Shown: piece by piece, positions 41,336 through 50,313 of the stretch
Layout: every line of letters begins with the position of its first letter
Position numbering within the stretch: position 1 is the first letter of the stretch
Source: an uncultured delta proteobacterium
GTDB taxonomy: Bacteria; Myxococcota_A; Polyangia; Fen-1088
Length of the DNA: 64,000 nt
Assembly (NCBI GenBank): GCA_963737265.1
Contig: CAVTRY010000022.1
Location: 288,001 to 352,000, forward strand
Direction of reading: 5' to 3'
Notes under the pieces: generated by a model
Told to the model about the DNA's origin: nothing
Database searches by the model: none
Seen by the model: only the letters and a program-made list of their open reading frames with translations
Translations under genes and position numbers: made by a program

Positions 41336-42316
41336 TCAGAATCGCCGCCGGGCCCAGGCGGGCAAGGGCGCTTCGATGCGCAGCGGTTGTCCCGTGGTTG
41401 GGTGCACGAAGGACACGGCCCAAGCGTGGAGATGAAGATCCGCGTGCGCGTCTTGGTCGACCTGGCCGTAGATGGCGTCGCCCATTACCGGGATGCCGAG
41501 GTAGGCGAGGTGGGCGCGCACCTGGTGGGCTCGGCCGCGCGAAAGACGAGCTTCGACCAAGGCGGCGCCCGGGCGCGACTCTACCAGCGCAATTTCGCTG
41601 CGTGCGGCAAGCGGTTGCCGTCCCGCCGCGAGCTTCACCTTGCCGCCCCGCCGTCCTTGCCGGCCGATGGGAACCGTGACCACGAAGCTCGACGGTTGCC
41701 CGCCTGGGACGACGAATTCGAAAGACGCGTGGATGCTTGCGGCGGTCGGGAATTCGCCTTGAATCTCGGCGAAGTAGACCTTCTCGCAGAACGGACTGGC
41801 CAAGGCTTCGCGTAGGCGATACCAGGCTTCGCGGCTGCGCGCGGCCAGGAGCACGCCAGAGGTGGCAACGTCCAAGCGGTGTCCGAGGCCGCTCTCGCGT
41901 GCATCGGGTGACGCCCCGGCGCACTCGGGAAAACGCGCGATGAGGCCACTCGCGACCGTCGGACCTTCGCATGGGCGCAGCGGGTGCGAGGCGATCCCGG
42001 CGGGCTTGTGGACGGCCACGAATTCGTCGTCCAGGTAAAGCACCGTCAGGTCGAGCTCGGGCGTGGGCTTCAAGACGACAGCGATGGCCGGCTGGTCGCC
42101 GAGAGCCACCACGTCGCCCGACTGCACGTGTGTGCCTTTTCCTGCACCGCGGCCATTGACGGCGACGATTCCCGCTGCTAGGGCGCGGCGCGCGGCCGCC
42201 ACGCTGGGAACGACCTTGCGCCGGGCCAGGAACCCGTCGAGCCGCAGGCCCGCCTCGGCCGCTTCCACCACGAGTGCGGGCAGAGCAGTTTGTGCAGTGT
42301 CCTGGGGCGGTTCCAC
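41336..42316 (-). CDS. RluA/RluD-family pseudouridine synthase
   Basis: S4-like RLDGFL, KPAG, HRLDVATSG, GRAHQVRAHL, LHA. Confidence 0.92.
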   Translation of the reverse strand: MEPPQDTAQTALPALVVEAAEAGLRLDGFLARRKVVPSVAAARRALAAGIVAVNGRGAGKGTHVQSGDVVALGDQPAIAVVLKPTPELDLTVLYLDDEFVAVHKPAGIASHPLRPCEGPTVASGLIARFPECAGASPDARESGLGHRLDVATSGVLLAARSREAWYRLREALASPFCEKVYFAEIQGEFPTAASIHASFEFVVPGGQPSSFVVTVPIGRQGRRGGKVKLAAGRQPLAARSEIALVESRPGAALVEARLSRGRAHQVRAHLAYLGIPVMGDAIYGQVDQDAHADLHLHAWAVSFVHPTTGQPLRIEAPLPAWARRRF

Positions 42317-42321
42317 GATGG

Positions 42322-44478
42322 CTACCGCTTGCCAGTCGCCTTGCCGGCCGTCGATTTCTTGTTCGCGGCGGGCGCTGCCTTCGCGGCGGTTTTGCTGCTG
42401 CTCTTGGCAGGTGACGTCTGATGCACGGAGGTCGGCTTGGTCGCCGGTGCTTTCGCGCCGATGCTCGCCTGGTGGCCGGTTTCGCGCGACGTGATCTTCG
42501 CTGGCGTCGATTTTCCGTTCTTGCCGGCAATCTCCTTCATCGCCAGGGCAGGCTTCTTGGGAGCTCCAGTGGCCCTCATCGTAATCTCCTTCGGCAGCTC
42601 GGGCGTGGGCGAATACACGACGACTTTTTGCCCCTCGCCGAGCTCCGAGGTGGCGGACAAGCGGTTGACTCGTGCGAGGTCGCCGGGCGCGAGCCCGTAG
42701 CGTTTGGCGATCTTGGCCAGGCTGTCGCCCGACCGTGCCGAATAGAACAGCCGCGTTTTTCCCCGCCGCGCAGCTTCGAGCTCGAGAAATTCCTCTGACC
42801 CGAGCGTCACCAGGCGAACCTTGTCCGGATCGAGCAGCATCGCGTTCGACCGATCGAAACCCTCATGCACGAACAGTTGGAGGATGAGCTTGGGTTGCAG
42901 CTTGGCGTCGGGATCGATGTGGTTCCACTCGACGATGTCGTCGGGCGTGACGTCGAAGGCGCCCGCGATCTCGGCCAGCGTGTCGCCGTCGCGTGTTCTG
43001 TAAAAGACCTGCTCGCGTCCTTGGTATGCGAAGGCTCGGTCGGGAACCGCCACCAGAATGGAGTCATCGACATCCTCTGTCACTGGCGGGGCCGGCGGTG
43101 TTGCACGCGCGGGAACGAGAATCGTCATACCACCGCGCAGATCCGCGCCGTCGCTGGCGCCGTTGATGCGCTTGAGCTCGCGCACGGAGATCCCGCGCGC
43201 CTTGGCCACGTCGTCGAGGGTTTCGCCGAAACGCAAGACCACCGGTTGCAAGCGCTCGCCGCTTGTCCTCGTTTCGCTCGCCGCCTTAGCGAACAAGCTG
43301 GCCGATCCGAGCGGAACGCGCATGATGACCGCGCCGCGATCCGGCGGGATGCGGCTGCACACGAATTCCGGGTTGAGCTCTTCGATGACGTCTGGCCTGG
43401 TGCCCGCGGCTTTGCGCCAAGGACGCGAACGACGTCCCTGATGGCACTTCGACGCGGTCGAATTCCCACGCTGGATCCAGCGCCACATCGGCGAAGCCGA
43501 AGGCCTTCAGGTTGTGGCCGACGACGGCAGCGGCGAGGATCTTGGGCACGTAGAGGAGTCGTTTCCCAGGGCAAGCCGGCCTCGTGGCGCGCCAGCTCCC
43601 AGAAATCGTTGGTGTTGTAGCGGGCGATGGAACGCAGAATGGCCCCGTAGCCGGCGTTGTAGGCGGCAAACGCCAAGGGCCACGAGCCAAAGCGGACGTA
43701 CAGATCCTTGAGAAGGCGAGCAGCGGCCTCGGCGGCACGTTCCGGATCGCGGCGTGCATCGACCCAATGGCTTACTTCAAGGCCGTAGGCGCGCGCGGCG
43801 CCGGGGATGAACTGCCAAACTCCGCCCGCGCTCCTTCGCGACGTCGCCCCTGGATCGAACCCGCTTTCGACCATGGCCAGGTAGATGCAGATCCTTGGGA
43901 AGTCCTTGCTCGTCCAACTTCTGCTCGATGACCACGCGGTAGCGCCCCATCTTGCGCAGCCAGGTCGTCATGATGGCGCGGCCCTTGGGGTCGTTCTTGA
44001 AGAACTCAAGGTAGCGGACGACCTGCGGCTCCCAGCGAACGGGGAGATCCGGCGGCACCAACTGGCGCATCCAATCGAGGTCGGGTTTTTGCGGCGGTGG
44101 CGCCAGTCCACGCTCGGGGCTGCGCAGCTCGCGCGGGATATCGCCAGTGCCGCCCCATCGTCCCTCGAGCCCGGGCGGCAGCGGTTGGGCCGCATCGTCG
44201 GGCAGCTCGGTGTTTGGAGGCGCGGCGCCGTGGCGTGGAAAAGCCTGCTCCTCGAAGTGGCGGAGGGCGCGCAGCTCCGGACTTTCCGAGCTCTCGGATC
44301 CTTCAAGCGCGACGCCGCGCACGGCTTTGCGTTCGGCGAAGCTCTCCTTGGTGGGCGGCGTGGTCCAAAGCAGCGGTCGCGCCGTCGACTGCGCGGGCAG
44401 CGAGTCGCGTGCCTCGACGCTCCGGTCGAGGGAGGCGGGCACGACCAAAATCAAGGCAGCACAAAGCGCGGGCCGCAT
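42322..44478 (-). CDS. MltD-like lytic transglycosylase with LysM repeats, interrupted by three apparent +1 frameshifts (about 43887, 43556, 43414)
   Basis: GLPKDL | IYLAMVESG...WQF...AAYNAG...PWETT | LYVPKILA...SLA | KAAG...LNP, then LysM repeats, spread over successive frames. Confidence 0.85.
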
Positions 44479-44674
44479 AGTATCGAATGGTAGCGGATCA
44501 AGCGAGGATGACCAAGAAACCGCACCAAGCGCGAAAACCGTGCCCCAGCGCGACTGCAGGCGGGCAGCAAGACAGGACCGACAAAGGGAGCAAGAAGGGA
44601 CCAACAGGGGAAACAAGGGGAGATCGTTTGCCTGCCTGGCTCGCGGGTGGTATAGACCACACCGGAGCTAGCCA

Positions 44675-44905
44675 ATGGGTCTCGGAACTGGCGAAATCAT
44701 CCTCATTTTTCTGGTGGTCATGGTCGTGTTCGGCGCCAGCAAGCTGCCCCAGCTGGGTGACGGGCTGGGCCGCGCGATCAAGAACTTCAAGCGGGCGGTG
44801 AACAGCGCGAACGAAATCGACGTTTCGCCGAAGAAGCCCGAGATCGACGGTACCGGCCAGCCGGAAAAGGCTGAAGCGGCCAAGCCGACCGACAAGGCTT
44901 TGTAG
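44675..44905 (+). CDS. tatA: Twin-arginine translocase subunit TatA
   Basis: EIILIFLVVMVVFGASKLPQLGDGLGRAIKNFK. Confidence 0.95.
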   Translation: MGLGTGEIILIFLVVMVVFGASKLPQLGDGLGRAIKNFKRAVNSANEIDVSPKKPEIDGTGQPEKAEAAKPTDKAL

Positions 44906-45068
44906 GCACGCCCGTCTCCGCAGCATTGATGGCCGGGATCTGTTCTCCGGCGAGGACGAGCCGTGCAACATCAGTCGCGATTTCATAAAGCGGACAAAAA
45001 ATGTCTGTGTTTGCGCGTTCGTATAAATTCGTCCTTGACGCGTTAATGTGACGATGCAAGATAGCAGC

Positions 45069-45323
45069 ATGACAACACGCACGATCAAGCGATATTCGAA
45101 TCGCAAACTGTACGACACCACCGATTCGCACTACGTGACTCTCCAGCAGATTGCTGGACTCATTCGCAACGGCGACGAAATTCGCGTCATCGACAAAACC
45201 ACCCAGCAGGACCTAACCGCCGCCACGATGGCCCAGATTATCTTCGAAGAAGAGAAGCGGGGACCGAGGCTGCCGGTCGAAGGTCTTCGCCGCATCATCC
45301 GAAGTGGGCTACCGGCCCATTAG
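45069..45323 (+). CDS. PhaR-type PHA-regulator DNA-binding-domain protein
   Basis: IKRYSNRKLYDTTDSHYVTL...DLTAATMAQIIFEEE. Confidence 0.88.
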   Translation: MTTRTIKRYSNRKLYDTTDSHYVTLQQIAGLIRNGDEIRVIDKTTQQDLTAATMAQIIFEEEKRGPRLPVEGLRRIIRSGLPAH

Positions 45324-45344
45324 CCTGTCGCGAAGCGATCTGGT

Positions 45345-46409
45345 CTAGTAATTCAGACCCGCGCTGAGCGAAAACGCGCTCTGCTGTCCACTTTGGTCGA
45401 CGGCGGGGGCGACGTTGTCGTCGCGGCTGTGGCCTGCTTGGTAAAGCTCGTACTGGGCGATGATGGCCAAGACCCCGAATTTGAGTTTCGCACCGCCGAA
45501 GACGCGATAGCGGGTGATCAAGTCCTGGCCGGGGAATGCCGCATTGGCGAGCAGGTCGTTGGTTGTGCCGCTTTGTGCGACGGTGCAGCGGTCGCTGACC
45601 TGTTGGCCGGGCGCCGCTTGCGCCACGGCGTGTGCATCACACAGCGGCGTGAAGTCGATGGGTTTGCCGCTGGCGCTGATTAGGATCAGGCTCAAGCCGC
45701 CAAAGGGCTCCAAACGCGCGGTCTTGAGCAGGCCAAAGCCCTTGGAGATGAGCACGTCGAAGGTATTGGTTCGCAAGTTCGCCTGATCGGTACCGGTCAC
45801 GTACGACATGGCGGCGCGCACCGAAAGCGAAGGCACGGGCCAATCGTGAAAGCCTTCGTGCAAGGCTACCTTGGCGTAGCCCTGCCAGGACAGCATTTGC
45901 GAATCGAGAAGGTTGACCACGCCGCCGCCGATTTCGAGCGCCGGCATGGGCCACCACATGCCCTTGCGCAAGAAGAATCCCATGGTCGTCAGCGTCGCGT
46001 CGGGCCGGGAACTATTCGCAGCCTGAGGCGAAACCGCGCTGACGCCATTCCAGAAGCCCTTGGTGTTGCTAATCTGGGTGAATCCCAGTTCGCCTGTCAC
46101 CATGAAGCCCGCGAAACCGATGGTGTCGGCCGGCATGGGAACTCGGGGCGCCAACACCACACCAAGCTCCGACATCAGGCTGCGAAAATTGCTGCGGCCC
46201 TCCCCGTCGATGGCCACGCCCGTGACTAGTCCATTGGCATCGCGCTTCACCCAGATGCACTCTTGCACGTTGAGAGCGGACGTCGTGGCCAACGGACAGA
46301 GGTTGATCAACTTCAGATCGTTCCTGCCGGCCAAGGCCTTTCCGGCGACTGCGATCGGAGGGAGCCCAATGACGAACACTACGAGTCGGAGGGTTCGATG
46401 CGGGCTCAT
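45345..46409 (-). CDS. Putative outer-membrane beta-barrel protein of unknown function
   Basis: Signal peptide, amphipathic strands, C-terminal SLSAGLNY. Confidence 0.6.
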   Translation of the reverse strand: MSPHRTLRLVVFVIGLPPIAVAGKALAGRNDLKLINLCPLATTSALNVQECIWVKRDANGLVTGVAIDGEGRSNFRSLMSELGVVLAPRVPMPADTIGFAGFMVTGELGFTQISNTKGFWNGVSAVSPQAANSSRPDATLTTMGFFLRKGMWWPMPALEIGGGVVNLLDSQMLSWQGYAKVALHEGFHDWPVPSLSVRAAMSYVTGTDQANLRTNTFDVLISKGFGLLKTARLEPFGGLSLILISASGKPIDFTPLCDAHAVAQAAPGQQVSDRCTVAQSGTTNDLLANAAFPGQDLITRYRVFGGAKLKFGVLAIIAQYELYQAGHSRDDNVAPAVDQSGQQSAFSLSAGLNY

Positions 46410-46504
46410 CAAGCTAGAACGGTATGTGGCCGCGGCAAGGCCTGTCAAGGAACGCGGATTCTTGGCGCGATTTGCCCTGCGGAGTGAGCGGAGTGAGGAA
46501 GCTA

Positions 46505-46534
46505 TTGACAAGTCCGGCATACTGTGAACATAAT
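46505..46534 (+). promoter_or_regulatory. sigma70 promoter of rex
   Basis: TTGACA-N18-CATAAT. Confidence 0.6.
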
Positions 46535-46539
46535 CACAG
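46522..46539. promoter_or_regulatory. Rex operator overlapping the rex -10 box
   Basis: CTGTGAACATAATCACAG, an 18-bp palindrome matching the TTGTGAA-N4-TTCACAA consensus. Confidence 0.8.
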
Positions 46540-46543
46540 CATC

Positions 46544-47227
46544 GTGAGTGCCACCGCGCCCGCCCCTGATGTTAGCTTTCCAGCTGTGGAAACGGCGAGG
46601 AAAGCGGATCGGCGCGTGTCCGTCTCGACGGTGGAAAGGCTCAGCGTCTATCGCAAGGTCCTGGAAGAGCTGCACTACGACGGCGTTGAATACGCGTACT
46701 CTCAGCAACTAGCGGAGATGGTTGGGGTTACGCCCGCTCAACTGCGCCGCGACCTGGCCAGCTTTGGTTCCTTCGGCAACATCAGTCGCGGGTACAACGT
46801 CTATCAACTGACGCGCACGATCAGCCGGATTCTCGGCACCGACGCGGCCCAAACTGTGGCGCTGTTCGGGGTTGGAGATCTCGGGCGATCCCTGCTCGCC
46901 TATCGGGGTTTCGAAGAACGCGGGTTCCACATCGGCGTGGTCTTCGATCTGGATGCCGAAAAGGCTGGCAGAGTTTTCGCCGGCCGGCGCTGTTTCCACG
47001 TCGAGCAAATGGAAAAAGTTCTGCCCGAGTTCGACGTGCGCATCGCCATTCTTGCCTGCCGGCCACCCGGCTTGCAGCAGGTCGTGGATCGGCTCGCCAA
47101 GCTGGGAATCACGTCGATTTTGAACTTCGTGCCCAAGCGAATTTCTCCCGCATCCGGAGGCTACGTGGAGAGCATCGACCTGGCGGCGAAGTTAGAGAAG
47201 CTCTCGTTTCTCAGCCAGAAGAGGTAG
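46544..47227 (+). CDS. rex: Redox-sensing transcriptional repressor Rex
   Basis: TVERLSVY, TPAQLRRDLASFG, GYNV, Rossmann GVGDLG, ILNFVP. Confidence 0.93.
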   Translation: MSATAPAPDVSFPAVETARKADRRVSVSTVERLSVYRKVLEELHYDGVEYAYSQQLAEMVGVTPAQLRRDLASFGSFGNISRGYNVYQLTRTISRILGTDAAQTVALFGVGDLGRSLLAYRGFEERGFHIGVVFDLDAEKAGRVFAGRRCFHVEQMEKVLPEFDVRIAILACRPPGLQQVVDRLAKLGITSILNFVPKRISPASGGYVESIDLAAKLEKLSFLSQKR

Positions 47228-47273
47228 TTCTCCGCAGTCGATTGGTTTTTCAAGATAGGCAGACCACTTGGCA

Positions 47274-47291
47274 CTGTGAAAGTTTTCACTG
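47274..47291. promoter_or_regulatory. Rex operator upstream of the hydrogenase operon
   Basis: CTGTGAAAGTTTTCACTG, 18 bp, GTGAA-N4-TTCAC core. Confidence 0.8.
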
Positions 47292-47360
47292 TTAATTTCG
47301 CGAACTTAGACCACCTGTTCCGTTTGCTCCAACCCTACGTGAAGGAAAGGACATGACATC

Positions 47361-47780
47361 ATGACAAAGCGCATTTTGGTCGTGGATGATGACAAAGATC
47401 TCGTGCGAGCCGTGAGCACCGTGCTCGAGTCGCGCGGCTATGCCGTGACGACGGCTCACAACGGTACCGAGGCCCTGGCCAAGGTCGCTGCCAGCCAGCC
47501 CGCTCTCATCGTTCTCGACGTCATGATGGACACTGACGCCGAAGGGTTCGGCGTGGCCTACAAGCTCGAAGCCGATCCGGCGACCCGCCGAATTCCCATC
47601 ATTCTGCTCTCGGGCTTTACCGATCACATGGCGACCAAGTACGAGTCGTTCGAATTTATCCAGGGACGCGACTGGCCGGCCGCCAAGTTCATGAAGAAGC
47701 CAGTCAGCATGCCCGAGCTGGTAGCGACCATCGGCAAGCTTCTTGCCGAAGCCGAGTCGTTGCGCGCGGCCGTGGCTTAG
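47361..47780 (+). CDS. Single-domain response regulator (receiver only)
   Basis: ILVVDDD, LDVMM, LLSG, KKP. Confidence 0.92.
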   Translation: MTKRILVVDDDKDLVRAVSTVLESRGYAVTTAHNGTEALAKVAASQPALIVLDVMMDTDAEGFGVAYKLEADPATRRIPIILLSGFTDHMATKYESFEFIQGRDWPAAKFMKKPVSMPELVATIGKLLAEAESLRAAVA

Positions 47781-47831
47781 TTGTAGTCGTTCCACCCCCA
47801 AACCACCTAAGAAGACCCCGAGGTAAGCAGT

Positions 47832-48314
47832 ATGTGTGACGTGGACCAGATCATTGCGGGACACGAGGAGCTTGGCAAAGAGCACCTCATCCCCCTGCTA
47901 CAAGAGATTCAAGCGAAGGAAGGGTACGTTTCCGAAACCGCGATGTCGAAGGTGGCAACCGCCGTCGGTATTCCCGAAAGCCGCGTTTATGGCGTGGCTA
48001 CCTTCTACAACCAGTTTCGTTTCATCCCCAAGGGAACCCACGTCATCGAGGTGTGTCGGGGAACCGCATGCCACGTCAAGCAAAGCCTGAAGCTGGCGCA
48101 GCACCTCACGCGCAGGCTGAGCCTCAAGCCCAACGGCAATTCGCCGGACAACAAGTTCACGGTTATCACCGTGGCTTGCCTCGGGGCCTGCTCGATCGCG
48201 CCCGTCATCAAGCTGGACGGCGAATTCTACGGTCACCTCGACGTGGACAAGCTGGACCATCTCCTCGACGAAGTCACCCAGGAAACAAAGGGAGGCAGCG
48301 ATGCGCGCAAGTAA
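47832..48314 (+). CDS. hydC: NuoE-like [2Fe-2S] subunit HydC
   Basis: GVATFYNQF, CRGTAC, CLGAC. Confidence 0.9.
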   Translation: MCDVDQIIAGHEELGKEHLIPLLQEIQAKEGYVSETAMSKVATAVGIPESRVYGVATFYNQFRFIPKGTHVIEVCRGTACHVKQSLKLAQHLTRRLSLKPNGNSPDNKFTVITVACLGACSIAPVIKLDGEFYGHLDVDKLDHLLDEVTQETKGGSDARK

Positions 48315-50313
48315 TCTGGTCGCCGCCTGTTGCACCCGTTGCACGCACGCCCCCATCACGCCGTGTCGCGATCTGATTCGCTGTCTTAGCGAAGGTCCGA
48401 TCTGCCATCACGACGAGGGCTGCGCGCAGAAGCGCAAGGAGAATCTCGTTCACGCTCGGCGAGGTGGAGCGGGAACCCTAATCTTCGTCGGAGCAGGTAC
48501 GTGCGGACGGGCTAACGGTGCCAACAAAGTCATCGCCGACATCCACGCTTTCTTGAAGGAGCACGCTATCGCGGCCGAGGTCGTGGAGGTTGGCTGCGTT
48601 GGCTATTGCCAACGCGAAGTCTTCGTCGACGTCGAAAAGGCGGGCGGCCCCCGACTTTCCTACTGCGACATCAACCCCTCAAACGTCGGCGAATTTCTCG
48701 ACCTGCTTTTCACGCAGGACAACGCCCGCAATCGTTTCCTTTACGGCCGCCACGGCCAGGCCGGCGCGGAATGGGCCGACGTTCCCGAGGTCGCCACCAC
48801 GCCCTTCTTCAAGCAGCAAGTGAAAGTCGTGCTTCGCAACGCCGGTCTCATCGATCCCGGCGCGCTCGATTCCGCGCTTGCGGTCGGCGCCTTCCGGGCC
48901 GCCTCGCGCGCCGTCGGCAGCATGACGCCCGAGGAAGTTTGCAACGAAGTGCTCGCCTCCGGCTTGCGCGGCCGCGGCGGCGCGGGATTTCCCACCGGCC
49001 AAAAGTGGAACATCGCCCGGCAAACGCCGCGTGCGCAGAAGTACCTCATCTGCAACGCAGACGAAGGCGATCCGGGCGCGTTCATGGATCGCGCGGTGCT
49101 GGAAAGCGATCCCTTCTTCGTCATCGAAGGCATGATCATCGCGGCCTACGCCATTGGCGCATCCAAGGGCTACATCTACTGCCGCGCGGAGTATCCGCTC
49201 GCCATCGAACGCCTGGCCGACGCCATCGCCCAGTGCCGCCGCGTGGGATTGCTCGGCAACAACATTCTAGGCAGCTTGTTTTCCTTCGACATCACGATCA
49301 AGCAAGGCGCGGGTGCCTTCGTGTGCGGCGAGGAAACCGCCATCCTTGCCAGCATCGAAGGCGGTCGCGGCATGCCCCGTCCCCGTCCGCCCTACCCGGC
49401 GGTCAGCGGTTTGCACGGCAAGCCCACGGTCCTTAACAACGTCGAGACCCTGGCCAATGTGCCCATCATCGTCGACCGCGGCGCCGCGTACTTCCAGAGC
49501 TTGGGCCTCGGTAAAGCCGCCGGGACTAAGGTCTTCGCACTATCCGGTACGATCCAGAATACCGGCCTCGTCGAAGTACCGGTTGGCGTTCCGCTCAAGA
49601 CCATCATTTACGACATCGGCGGCGGCGCGCTGCCCGGCCACGAAATCAAGGCCGTGCAGATTGGCGGCCCGTCCGGTGGCTGCATCCCGCGCGAGCACCT
49701 CGACGTCGCCACGGACTACGGTACCTTGATCGAGCTCGGGGCCATGATGGGCTCGGGCGGCATGGTGGTGATGGACGAGCGCACGTGCATGGTCGCCATC
49801 GCTCGCTTCTTCATGGAATTCATCCGCAACGAATCGTGCGGCAAGTGCACGCCCTGTCGTGAGGGCACCACGCGCCTGTCCGAGATTCTCACCTCGCTCA
49901 CCGAACGTCCGGTGGGCGACGAGGAGAAACGCTTGGAGCGCATCCGCGGAGTGCTGCACATGCGCGAGCTGGCTTCCACGGTGAAGGAGGCTTCATTGTG
50001 CGGCCTCGGTCAAACCGCCGCCAATCCCGTGCTTTCAACCCTGCGCTTCTTCCGCGACGAGTACGAAGCGCATGTTATCGACCAGCGCTGCCCCGCCGGC
50101 GAATGCCAAGGGTTGGCCATCTACGCCGTCGACAACGCGACCTGCGTCGGCTGTCTGCTGTGCAAGAAAGCCTGCCCGAGCAACGCCATCGTGGGCGAAC
50201 GCAAACAGGCGCATTACATTCTGGTCGACCGCTGTATCGGCTGCGGCTCGTGTGTCAGCGCCTGTCCCAAGCACTCAATCCATGTCGTTCAAGAAGAGAG
50301 GGCCTACGCATGA
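48301..50313 (+). CDS. hydB: NuoF-like FMN/NAD-binding subunit HydB
   Basis: LRGRGGAGF, CNADEGDPGAFMD, CGEET, GGPSGG, SCGKCTPC, C-terminal 2x[4Fe-4S]. Confidence 0.92.
   Translation: MRASNLVAACCTRCTHAPITPCRDLIRCLSEGPICHHDEGCAQKRKENLVHARRGGAGTLIFVGAGTCGRANGANKVIADIHAFLKEHAIAAEVVEVGCVGYCQREVFVDVEKAGGPRLSYCDINPSNVGEFLDLLFTQDNARNRFLYGRHGQAGAEWADVPEVATTPFFKQQVKVVLRNAGLIDPGALDSALAVGAFRAASRAVGSMTPEEVCNEVLASGLRGRGGAGFPTGQKWNIARQTPRAQKYLICNADEGDPGAFMDRAVLESDPFFVIEGMIIAAYAIGASKGYIYCRAEYPLAIERLADAIAQCRRVGLLGNNILGSLFSFDITIKQGAGAFVCGEETAILASIEGGRGMPRPRPPYPAVSGLHGKPTVLNNVETLANVPIIVDRGAAYFQSLGLGKAAGTKVFALSGTIQNTGLVEVPVGVPLKTIIYDIGGGALPGHEIKAVQIGGPSGGCIPREHLDVATDYGTLIELGAMMGSGGMVVMDERTCMVAIARFFMEFIRNESCGKCTPCREGTTRLSEILTSLTERPVGDEEKRLERIRGVLHMRELASTVKEASLCGLGQTAANPVLSTLRFFRDEYEAHVIDQRCPAGECQGLAIYAVDNATCVGCLLCKKACPSNAIVGERKQAHYILVDRCIGCGSCVSACPKHSIHVVQEERAYA

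Noticed and set aside
43414-43887. Programmed ribosomal frameshifting in the transglycosylase
   Set aside because: There are no slippery heptamers, and three independent shifts would be needed; sequencing error is simpler
47832-50313. nuoE/nuoF of respiratory complex I
   Set aside because: They are followed by an H-cluster protein and no other nuo genes, so they are hydrogenase subunits
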